A stretch of DNA of 63,519 bases, the filler included, from Octopus bimaculoides (lineage: Eukaryota): NCBI RefSeq assembly GCF_001194135.2. It is 4 parts of 4 records of this genome, joined end to end, with 100 filler letters (N's around TTAATTAATTAA, not from the genome) between each part and the next. Parts side by side here need not be neighbours in the genome. Positions count along the whole stretch, not along the records: positions 41,057 to 61,137 come from NC_069007.1; positions 61,238 to 63,519 come from NC_069003.1; 2 more parts are not named here. The stretch is one strand, 5' to 3'. Positions 53,235 to 63,519 of the stretch are shown piece by piece; position 1 is the stretch's first letter, and the number at the start of each line of letters is the position of its first letter. The translations under genes were made by a program, and so were the position numbers. The notes under the pieces are model-generated. The model saw only the letters and a list, made by a program, of their open reading frames with translations. It ran no database searches and was not told the origin of the DNA.

Positions 53235-53723
53235 TTTCGGTACAAGGCCATCAATTTTAATGAGAGTCCAGGCTAATCGAATTCATCGACCTCAATTCAT
53301 AACTGTTACTTATTTCATCGACCTCGAAAGGATGAAAGGCAAAGTCGACCTCGGCGAAGTTTGGAGTCCGAACGTTAAGTCAGACGAAACGCCGCTAAAC
53401 ATTTCGCTCAACAACAACAATAACAATGATTTCAAATTTTAGTACAAGGCTACCAAGTTCAGGGGGGGGGGCTAAGTCAATTACATCAACCTCAATACAT
53501 AACTGGTACTTATTTTATCGATCCCGAAAGGATGAAAAGCAAAGCCGACCTCGTCAGAATTTGAACTCAGAACATGAAGACTGACGAAATACCGCTAAGC
53601 ATTTCACCCAATCTGCTAACGATTCTCCCAGATCGCCACCTATTAATAATAATGATAATAGTTTCAAATTTTGCCACAAGGGCAACCATTTTGGGGGAGG
53701 GGATTAGTCGATTGCGTCGACCC

Positions 53724-53761
<38 letters not shown>

Positions 53762-53941
53762 GTAATGGTTTCAAATTGTCGATTACATTCACACCAGTAT
53801 TTCACTGGTACTTAATTTATCGACCCTGAAAGGATTAAAAACGAAGTCGACCACGGTGGAATTTGAACTCGGAACGTACGGCAGACGAAATACCACTTAG
53901 TATTTCGTCCGTCATGCTAACGATTCTTCCAGCTCGCAGCC

Positions 53942-54005
<64 letters not shown>

Positions 54006-54300
54006 CCTTTTCTACTATAGGCACAAGGCCTGAAATNNNNNNNNNNNNNNNNNNNNNNNNNNNNNNNNNNNNNNNNNNNNNNNNNNNNNNNNNNNNNNNN
54101 NNNNNNNNNNNNNNNNNNNNNNNNNNNNNNNNNNNNNNNNNNNNNNNNNNNNNNNNNNNNNNNNNNNNNNNNNNNNNNNNNNNNNNNNAAGGATTAAAAA
54201 CGAAGTCGACCACGGTGGAATTTGAACTCGGAACGTACGGCAGACGAAATACCACTTAGTATTTCGTCCGTCATGCTAACGATTCTTCCAGCTCGCAGCC

Positions 54301-54364
<64 letters not shown>

Positions 54365-54505
54365 CCTTTTCTACTATAGGCACAAGGCCTGAAATTTGGG
54401 GGAGAGTGATAGTCCATTACATCGACCCTAGTGCGCAACTGGTACTTAATTTATCGACCCCGAAAGGCTGAAAGGCAAGGTTGACCTTGGCGGAATTTGA
54501 ACTCT
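53235..54505 (-). mobile_element. Second head-to-tail array of about 5-6 SINE C copies
   Basis: Repeated GAAAGGATGAAAGGCAAAGTCGACC core, same strand, with AAT/ATT spacers. Confidence 0.85.
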
Positions 54506-55106
54506 GTACTATGGTATTATCGATAGCCATTTTTTAAATATTTATTTACCAACCGATTAAAAACTATGGTATTGGTCTTTGATTGAATTACTTGCTCCTT
54601 TCTGTCCCCTTGAGGTAAGAGATAGCTATTCCAAAATTCCACCGATCCACTATTGCACCCGTCTCACCTGTGCAACAGTATATTTCCTAATCTCTTCGTA
54701 AATAACAAAATATTGGCTGTCGACAATAGTTATCTAGAAAGTGTTCCTGCAAGTTACTTGATCTAGGAACCTATTTGGAATCCAAGGCAATTAAGTTGGT
54801 CGAAGAACCATTTCTGTCATTTAAGAAGGCACAAATGAAACGTCAACTTCATAGTTTCTCAGTTCTTACGTGGCTAATATAGATTTTCCAAGAACTGTCA
54901 TAATAACAAGGGTCACTGTCCTTCTCTTTAACATCTCCCGTTTCTGAGACCCTATCACAATTATAACTATATATATTAATACAATCAGACTTATCTTAAA
55001 CTCGCTTGGTTCATATATTATATTTCATCTATCTATCTATCTATCTATATTTATCTATCTATTTACAACTAGCTGTTTATATCTATGTATATATCTATCT
55101 GTTTAC

Positions 55107-55144
<38 letters not shown>

Positions 55145-55907
55145 TCATAAATATGCAGGGTTAGCATTGAGTTGCTTCTCCAACATACTGAAAATTTAGA
55201 AATAGCAGTCAAAGAACTACTGATTCTAANNNNNNNNNNNNNNNNNNNNNNNNNNNNNNNNNNNNNNNNNNNNNNNNNNNNNNNNNNNNNNNNNNNNNNN
55301 NNNNNNNNNNNNNNNNNNNNNNNNNNNNNNNNNNNNNNNNNNNNNNNNNNNNNNNNNNNNNNNNNNNNNNNNNNNNNNNNNNNNNNNNNNNNNNNNNNNN
55401 NNNNNNNNNNNNNNNNNNNNNNNNNNNNNNNNNNNNNNNNNNNNNNNNNNNNNNNNNNNNNNNNNNNNNNNNNNNNNNNNNNNNNNNNNNNNNNNNNNNN
55501 NNNNNNNNNNNNNNNNNNNNNNNNNNNNNNNNNNNNNNNNNNNNNNNNNNNNNNNNNNNNNNNNNNNNNNNNNNNNNNNNNNNNNNNNNNNNNNNNNNNN
55601 NNNNNNNNNNNNNNNNNNNNNNNNNNNNNNNNNNNNNNNNNNNNNNNNNNNNNNNNNNNNNNNNNNNNNNNNNNNNNNNNNNNNNNNNNNNNNNNNNNNN
55701 NNNNNNNNNNNNNNNNNNNNNNNNNNNNNNNNNNNNNNNNNNNNNNNNNNNNNNNNNNNNNNNNNNNNNNNNNNNNNNNNNNNNNNNNNNNNNNNNNNNN
55801 NNNNNNNNNNNNNNNNNNNNNNNNNNNNNNNNNNNNNNNNNNNNNNNNNNNNNNNNNNNNNNNNNNNNNNNNNNNNNNNNNNNNNNNNNNNNNNNNNNNN
55901 NNNNNCT

Positions 55908-55945
<38 letters not shown>

Positions 55946-56340
55946 GTCAGGAAGTACGAGATGAGTATATTTATTTCACCAGTTGATTTCCATAAGTTGA
56001 CAATCGTTTCGCAGCCAACATCCTGCAAAAATAATTTATTTTTGTGTATAATAAATTATTTTCGGTCTGCACTAGTATATATGTTATAAATTACTTAGTA
56101 CTATTGTACATTTTTTTAAATTTTAACATCTCTTCTTCATCTTTAACAGTTTGTTGAGTTTCTATGGGATACCATTCCATAGATTCTCATCACACATCAT
56201 ATGCATGTAATAATTTCATATTAGCAAGAATTTTACGCCAGTAAGCTCCCAACGAAACATGAAGAATCTGATAGAAATCGCCCCTTTGGAACCCTCCAAA
56301 ATAAAGGATGAAATATAATTCAACATTTTCACATATCTAT

Positions 56341-56405
<65 letters not shown>

Positions 56406-56880
56406 NNNNNNNNNNNNNNNNNNNNNNNNNNNNNNNNNNNNNNNNNNNNNNNNNNNNNNNNNNNNNNNNNNNNNNNNNNNNNNNNNNNNNNNNNNNNNNN
56501 NNNNNNNNNNNNNNNNNNNNNNNNNNNNNNNNNNNNNNNNNNNNNNNNNNNNNNNNNNNNNNNNNNNNNNNNNNNNNNNNNNNNNNNNNNNNNNNNNNNN
56601 NNNNNNNNNNNNNNNNNNNNNNNNNNNNNNNNNNNNNNNNNNNNNNNNNNNNNNNNNNNNNNNNNNNNNNNNNNNNNNNNNNNNNNNNNNNNNNNNNNNN
56701 NNNNNNNNNNNNNNNNNNNNNNNNNNNNNNNNNNNNNNNNNNNNNNNNNNNNNNNNNNNNNNNNNNNNNNNNNNNNNNNNNNNNNNNNNNNNNNNNNNNN
56801 NNNNNATACCAGGAAACTAGCACATTAAAAAAATCAGAAGGTTCTTGAAAAATTTTTTCGAGATCCTAAAAAGATTATAG

Positions 56881-56961
56881 TACTTGTGTATATAAGATTG
56901 ACCAGTGACCGGTCTGTCATTTTGACAGACCGGTCACTGGTCAATCTTATATACACAAGTA
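56881..56961. repeat. Perfect 81-bp palindrome (39-bp arms, 3-nt loop), possibly a collapsed MITE
   Basis: TACTTGTGTATATAAGATTGACCAGTGACCGGTCTGTCA-TTT-exact reverse complement. Confidence 0.95.
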
Positions 56962-57059
56962 TATATATATATAGATAGATAGATAAAGAGAGAGAGAGAA
57001 AGAGAATGTGTAATTGTACTTGTTCCAGCCAATGGACTGCGTGTCTGTGTTTTGTCAAT

Positions 57060-57272
57060 TCCCCTCTCCCTACACACTGCTTGATAACCAATGTTAGTTT
57101 GTTTATGTCCCCATAACCTTAGCAGTTTGGTAAAATAAGCCGATGGAATAAGTATCAGACGGCTGTAAAAACAAATATGTACTAAGGTCGATGTGTTCGA
57201 CAAAAGCCCTTCAAGGTAGTGCCCCAGCATGGCCATAGTCCATTGACTGAAACAAGTGAAAGATAAAAGATA
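57060..57272 (+). mobile_element. SINE group B-related 3' half
   Basis: GTCCCCATAACCTTAGC...CCAGCATGGCC...TGACTGAAACAAGT. Confidence 0.75.
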
Positions 57273-57497
57273 CTTGAGCACGCCACATAATAATTCTAAC
57301 AGCATCATAATAGAACCAAAAAAAAGAAATAGTTGAGCAATAAAATATTTTATTCCACCACACCTTAGTTACCAATTCGGTGTTTGATTTTCTTTATTTT
57401 ATTTTTTCCCTTCTCTTATTCTTATTAATAACCAAATTACCATTCTTAAATACCTACCACAAAGAATGAACGAAAAACCATATTCTCATTTGTCCAA

Positions 57498-57536
<39 letters not shown>

Positions 57537-57888
57537 AACACATATTCAAATACACATAGGCACATACACAGGCGCCACCTGCATTAACAGATGTAAATTA
57601 AAAATATAAATGGAAGCTCTCTCCAGCAAAGCCGTTTGCTCTAAGCCATACACAAGAGAAACATCTCTGAATCAAATCCAATACCTTTAAGTATATAGTT
57701 TATTTCTTAATTCTTCAATGGCTTTAAGATTTTTAGATCACAAAGAAAAAACGCCATGGGTCTTCAATTCCCCAAAATAAACATTTTTGAAAAATAATTC
57801 TTTGAGAGAACGCGATGTTGCACAACTTAATTCCTTCGTGTTTTTTTCTCTTCATACATGTGTGTAGGTGTGTGCATTCAATTATTTA

Positions 57889-57925
<37 letters not shown>

Positions 57926-57954
57926 ATGTGTGTGTGCGTGTGTGTGTGTGTGTG

Positions 57955-58195
57955 TAGGCGCAGCCATGATTGTGAGTTAAGAAGTTTGCTTCCAAACCAC
58001 ATGGATCTGAGTTCAGTCCCACTGCGACGCACCTTGGAGTAATTGTCTTCTACTATAACCCCGAGCCGATCATAACCTTGTGACCGGAAATCCAAATATG
58101 TGTGTATAGGTAGATGGGTGAGTGTGTTTGTATTCGTACTTGACAACTGGTGTCGGTTCGTTTACTTCCCCGTATCTTAGCGATTCGGTAAATCA
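57955..58195 (+). mobile_element. SINE group B copy, diverged
   Basis: AACCACATGG..GAGTTCAGTCCCACTGCG..GTCTTCTACTATA..TTGACAAC. Confidence 0.75.
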
Positions 58196-58280
58196 GTAAA
58201 AAGGGATCCATAGAGCCTGTAGCATGCTTAAAATGGTTTGACTTAACCCTTCAAGATAAAATATACATACATATATCTTA

Positions 58281-58445
58281 GGCGCAGGAGTGGCTGTGTG
58301 GTAAGTAGCTTGCTTACCAACCACATGGTTTCGGGGTTCAGTCCCACTGCGTGGCACCTTGGGCAAGTGTCTTCTACTATAGCTTCAGGCCAACCAAAGC
58401 CTTGTGAGTGGATTTGGTAGACGGAAACTGAAAGAAGCCTGTCGT
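58281..58445 (+). mobile_element. SINE group B, 5' module followed by (TA)n and a gap
   Basis: GGCGCAGGAGTGGCTGTGTGGTAAG...GGTTCAGTCCC...GGAAACTGAAAGAAGCC. Confidence 0.9.
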
Positions 58446-58796
58446 ATATATATATATATATATATNNNNNNNNNNNNNNNNNNNNNNNNNNNNNNNNNNN
58501 NNNNNNNNNNNNNNNNNNNNNNNNNNNNNNNNNNNNNNNNNNNNNNNNNNNNNNNNNNNNNNNNNNNNNNNNNNNNNNNNNNNNNNNNNNNNNNNNNNNN
58601 NNNNNNNNNNNNNNNNNNNNNNNNNNNNNNNNNNNNNNNNNNNNNNNNNNNNNNNNNNNNNNNNNNNNNNNNNNNNNNNNNNNNNNNNNNNNNNNNNNNN
58701 NNNNNNNNNNNNNNNNNNNNNNNNNNNNNNNNNNNNNNNNNNNNNNNNNNNNNNNNNNNNNNNNNNNNNNNNNNNNNNNNNNNNNNNNNNNNNCAT

Positions 58797-58852
<56 letters not shown>

Positions 58853-58954
58853 GCATACATACATACATATATATATACACACACATACACACATATGTAT
58901 ATGTATGTATGTGTATATATATGCAGATAGATAGATAGATAGATAGATCATACA

Positions 58955-59250
58955 TTTCATTTTATACTTGTTTCAGTTATAGAACTGCGGTCATGATGGA
59001 GCACCGCTATGAACGGTTTAGTTATACAAATCGGCCAAAATATTAGTTTGTTTGGTTTTTTTTTTAAGTCTGGTAATCAATTTATCGGACTTCATTGCCG
59101 AACTACAATTTTACAGGGATGAAAACACATCAACGAAGTTACCAGGATGTGCAAAGGAGGACAAAAACACGCACAAACACACACACACATACGATGGGCT
59201 TCCAAACAGTTTACTTTCCCGTCTAATAAATTTACTTACAAGGCATTTAT
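58955..59250 (-). mobile_element. SINE group B copy, diverged
   Basis: CTTGTTTCAG..GGAGCACCGC..TTGCCGAAC..ACGATGGGCTTC. Confidence 0.65.
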
Positions 59251-59464
59251 TCCAGCCCATTGCGTTCTGAGATCGAATTTTGCCGAGGATGACTTTGCAT
59301 TTCCTCCTTTCGGGTATTACAGACTTGTGAGGTTATGTCGAACAGCTGCTGTCACATGTGGGACGGATCCTTCTGTCGGCCGAGTCTGTTGTGAATATCG
59401 CTCCGCCGTTCTCCTTCAATCGGGCAGTTAAGGCAGTTTGCCTGATGGCTGTGGCGAAAGCAGT

Positions 59465-60728
59465 TATGGGTCAAAGAGGCATGCGACATCAACTATATAG
59501 CATATGTAGTGCACCTTGTCCACTACCACTAGGTCCGGTCTGTTATGCTCTAGCACCTGATCTGTTTGGATTGGGAAGTCCCAGAAGATTTTACTACTCT
59601 CCGACTTACTGCAGTTTGTGCTCTCTCGCCCCCATTTTTCGCACAGTTTCCAAAGTAGCACTTTCGCCACTTGGTCGTGTCGCCACAACTTGTAGTAGTT
59701 TTGGGCAAGTCTAGGGCATTCGTTCGTGATATGGGCAATGGGTTCATCCACTCTATTTCAGATGCGGCACAGCGGAGATAATTGCTCATTCCTAAGGTTG
59801 ACCCTCAAGTTCGGGGCCAAAGCTTAGTCTTGCGCTGCCAATAGAGTGCTCTTGGTCTCTTTCTTTGGGGTTCCTTTCATCAGCCAATCCCACCTAAATT
59901 TTTCCAGCGTCTTCTGTTGTGGATACATGGAATTGATTGTGTAGTCCCATCTTGTGTAATTCTTCATGTCTTGTTTCTACTTCTTTTTTTCTCTGCTCTC
60001 AATACTCCCTCGTTCCTAACTGCCACTAGCAAGGTTTCCTTACTGTGGGCTAGATATCTCATTAAGCTCTTGAGTTCGATACGCATGTAGTCTTCCACAC
60101 TTATCAATCACCTTCCTCCATTTGCTCCCTTCAGTATCTACACGTGGATGATGGACTCCATGCATCGTTAGGGGATTTCTTAACTTCTTGTTCATCTCCT
60201 TTAGCTCCTCCTCTGTCCACTTCAGGATTCCAGCGCCATACAGAGCTACTGCGACTGCGCGCGAGTTTACTGCCGAAATTATGTTTCTGGCATTCAGCTT
60301 TGAAGCCAATATTTTTCTCACTCGCCGCAGGTCCTCTCTTTTTCTCTTTTCCTTCATGTCATTGTGTTTGATTCTATCTGCCTCAAGTATTCCCAGGTAT
60401 TTATAGCTGGGCTGATGTTGAATTGCTTTCATCAGTTCACCATTTGGCAACCAAATGCCTTCTGGCCTGGCAAGCTTTCTTCGTTTCATCACCATCGTAG
60501 TACGTTTTGAGAGTTCAAATTCCATCTTAATATCATTGGAGAAAATCCACACAGACTGGACTTAGGGCTGTCCAGTTCTGCTACAATGTTTGTGAATAGC
60601 TTCAGCTCGTCCATGAATAGCAAATGATTTAGTTTTCCCTTACCTCTTCCCAGTTCATACCCCAACTTTGTTTTCTGTAGTATTTCGCTCAAGGAAATCA
60701 TTCCCAGTATGAATATCAGTGGGAACAC
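59465..60728 (-). mobile_element. Second R4/Dong-like LINE fragment (RT core to RLE start)
   Basis: LNHLLFMDELKLF (YMDD-type motif), YKYLGILEAD, RRVRKILASKLN and HNRPDLVVVDK..CYIVDVAC; homologous to 4647-5659. Confidence 0.88.
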
Positions 60729-60772
60729 ACTGGAACCCTCGACGCCGTAAGCGACGGAGTGCCAACAACAAC
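60729..60772 (+). mobile_element. Extreme 3' tip of SINE A/A2
   Basis: ACTGGAACCCTCGACGCCGTAAGCGACGGAGTGCCAACAACAAC. Confidence 0.8.
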
Positions 60773-61103
60773 TGTCGAAATATTTTAATTTTAAATAAAA
60801 ACAGCACAACTTAAGAAAATATTATTTCTAATGGATGTTTTTTTTTTTATTTTTTGTTAATGCCGAACTAAAATACATTAATCTCCAAATGTATAAACAT
60901 GTTACTCTATTTATGAACATACACACATACACACACATACACTTATGCATGCATGTTTGTGTTCATATGCGAGTGCGTGTACGTAAATGTACTGAATATA
61001 CAGTGAACTCATCATTAAGTGTGTGTGACTGTCTGTATATAATATGTGTATATATGTAGATGTGTGTGTGTGTAAATGCTTATATTTGCATATATGTGTT
61101 TGA

Positions 61104-61137
<34 letters not shown>

Positions 61138-61181
61138 NNNNNNNNNNNNNNNNNNNNNNNNNNNNNNNNNNNNNNNNNNNN

Positions 61182-61193
61182 TTAATTAATTAA
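61182..61193. other. Artificial scaffold linker TTAATTAATTAA
   Basis: 44 N on each side. Confidence 0.9.
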
Positions 61194-61904
61194 NNNNNNN
61201 NNNNNNNNNNNNNNNNNNNNNNNNNNNNNNNNNNNNNCATACACAAATACACACACACACACACACACACACTCAAACACACACACTCTCCCCCTCTCTC
61301 TCTCTCTCTCCTCTTCTCATCTTTTTCTTTTTTATCTCCTCTTTCTCCAAACCCCCTGCACCCTTTCCCCCCTCCTTATGCTTTCTTAGTGTCCTTATCC
61401 ACCCTGCTGCCCCTTATCTTTCCCATTTTGTCTTCTCCTTCTCTTTCTTATCATTACTACAGTAGCAGCAGCAGCATATTCCATAGTCACCTAATTTAAC
61501 TTTTGCCCTGTTTTCCTTTCCTCTCTTTCATCTCTCCAGCACCCTATATTTTCTTGCTAGACAGATAGGGAGGAATGTGTGCCAAATGTTTTTTTTTTCC
61601 TGTCTTATTGACTAACCCCTCCCCTCAAATATAATTTCCTTGTGCTTAATCCTCTGGGGACACCCAGGCCAATTCATTGATTACATCTTCATGGGCCCAA
61701 GTGATACAAACTGAAAGGGCTTTGAACTTTGAGGCCAATTCATGACCCCAGTGGAACAAATGTTGTGAATGGTCGGTTTTGAAGTGTACTAAACCAATCA
61801 GAGATTGTCTTTCAGTAGATGTATCTCAATAGAAAACAAGTTTGGTTTTTTGTTTAAAGGTACCAAAACAGTTTTTTGGTTAAAATTAATTGAAACAAAG
61901 TCAA

Positions 61905-62077
61905 CAGGAGTGGCTGTGTGGTAAGTAGCTTGCTTACCAACCACATGGTTCCGGGTTCAGTCCCACTGCGTGACACCTCAGGCAAGTGTCTTCTACTATA
62001 GCCTCGGGCTGACCAAAGCCTTGTGAGTGAATTTGGTAGATGGAAACTGAAAGAAGCCCATCGTATATATGTATGTG

Positions 62078-62128
<51 letters not shown>

Positions 62129-62333
62129 TTGTGTTTGTCCCCCCAACATCGCTTGACAACCGATGCTGGTGTGTTCATGTCCCCGTAACTTAGCGGTTCC
62201 GGCAAAAAGAGACCAATAGAATAAGTACTAGGCTTACAAAGAATAAGTCCTGGGGTCGATTTTCTCGACTAAAGGCGGTGCTCCAGCATGGCCACAGTCA
62301 AATGACTGAAACAAGTAAAAGAGTAAAAGAGTA
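61905..62333 (+). mobile_element. SINE group B, full length with internal (TA)/(TG) microsatellite
   Basis: tRNA-like head (TGGCTGTGTGG, GGTTCAGTCCC), internal TA/TG tract, 3' module and (GTAAAAGA)n tail. Confidence 0.92.
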
Positions 62334-62408
62334 TTTCAACAGAAATATGTTAACAAAAAACTTTAAAATATTGTATGACTCTATCGGTTTATGTGTTCTA
62401 TAACTTAC

Positions 62409-62664
62409 CTGAGACTGCCCTGGTTCTGTTATCAAAACCTTCCATCAGAATTTCGTGATATGCTTCAAACACCAACTTAATGGCTGAGTTATTTTTACTA
62501 AATTCTTCCTTCTTTTTAACCTTCTTGGGACACCGAGACTGGTTGATCGGCCCCAGTGGCCTTATGGTCCCTCTGCCTCCTGTATAATTTAGCCCCGGAA
62601 TCTTTGCTGTAGAAGATGGAATGTTTAAGGGGTCTCTTGCTTGAACTGGGTTGCAGGTGTAGTC
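62409..62664 (-). CDS. Candidate internal coding exon of an unidentified host gene (85 codons, phase 0 to phase 1)
   Basis: Non-repetitive and open: DYTCNPVQARDPLNIPSSTAKIPGLNYTGGRGTIRPLGPINQSRCPKKVKKKEEFSKNNSAIKLVFEAYHEILMEGFDNRTRAVS. Consensus donor CAG|GTAAGT and an upstream T-rich tract with AGs at 62681-82 and 62665-66. Confidence 0.45.
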
Positions 62665-63117
62665 CTAGATACACTTGTGTCTGGGAAAAAAAATAAATAA
62701 ATGCAACGATCATGGTGAATACGACTGGAATCACTTCTGATTGTGTTTCTACTCAGTCTGGTTGACTCAGGGTTAAACAACAACAATTTTGCATTCATAC
62801 GTTTATTTTAGCTTCAAATTACTTGTTAATTACTTAATAATTATAGTATTTCCCCCCCCCCCCCAAAAAAAAATAGCAATTATTATATTCGGAAAACAAA
62901 AGAAGAAAATATTTTAAAAAATAGAATATGAATATAAAAAAAAGGGGGTGGGGAATTTTTTTAAATGATGAATAAATAACATTGATTAGAATTATTGAGT
63001 AATTGATAATTATGAAAAATGAAGCTGAATAATATTATTATTATTATGCTTGGTCAAGGAATGGTAAATAGTGGTTTGGTATTTTAGCATCTCTTCACGA
63101 TGTCATCATCATTTCGG

Positions 63118-63160
<43 letters not shown>

Positions 63161-63478
63161 GTCACCATCTTCCTTATCATCATTGATATCACCATCACCA
63201 TCATCATGAACATATTGTTATTGCTGTTATCATCATATTAGCAATATCATCATCATCATCATCATCATGGTTATCGTCGTAATCATCATTTCCATCAGCA
63301 TTGTCATCATAACGATGTTTGTTTTCATTATTTTCATCTTCATTGTTGTTATTGTCGTCGTTATTGTAATCATCATCGTCATCATCATCATCATCATCAT
63401 CATCATTATCATTGTTGTCATCATCATCTCAAAGTTATCTTCATCGTCATCATCATCATTTATTTTTTGTTAATGATA

Positions 63479-63519
63479 GGCGCAGGAGTGGCTGTGTGGT
63501 AAATAGCTTGCTTACTAAC
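63479..63519 (+). mobile_element. Start of a SINE group B copy, cut by the window end
   Basis: GGCGCAGGAGTGGCTGTGTGGTAAATAGCTTGCTTAC. Confidence 0.85.

Noticed and set aside
53828-54390. Exact ~200-bp duplication on both sides of the 54037-54188 gap
   Set aside because: Perfect identity flanking a gap suggests an unmerged contig overlap rather than biology.
54668-54733. Possible 66-nt minus-strand exon (ITIVDSQYFVIYEEIRKYTVAQ, CAG|GTGAGA donor)
   Set aside because: Weak acceptor, short, no recognisable motif; could easily occur by chance.

Overview
AT-rich eukaryotic DNA, crowded with microsatellites, with about 10 kb of N gaps. The SINE families and the 5S rRNA sequence point to a cephalopod, probably Octopus (inference). 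No complete protein-coding gene is visible, and most entries in the ORF track are microsatellite or gap artefacts. The window is mostly decayed mobile DNA: three tRNA-headed SINE groups (labelled A/A2, B and C here), two R4/Dong-like and one HERO-like RLE LINE fragments, two L1/Tx1-like 3' ends, a possible Penelope end, four Tc1/mariner elements and several MITEs. One plausible minus-strand host exon lies at 62409-62664. The most notable observation is a full-length 5S rRNA copy fused through a T5 run to a full-length SINE. Both sit inside one target-site duplication, and a nearby sibling MITE shows the empty site, so this looks like a 5S-SINE retrochimera. Also notable are (TAA)n tracts acting as landing pads for stacked retroelements, head-to-tail SINE arrays, and two near-perfect hairpins. 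Family assignments come from motifs I recognised by eye, not from database searches.
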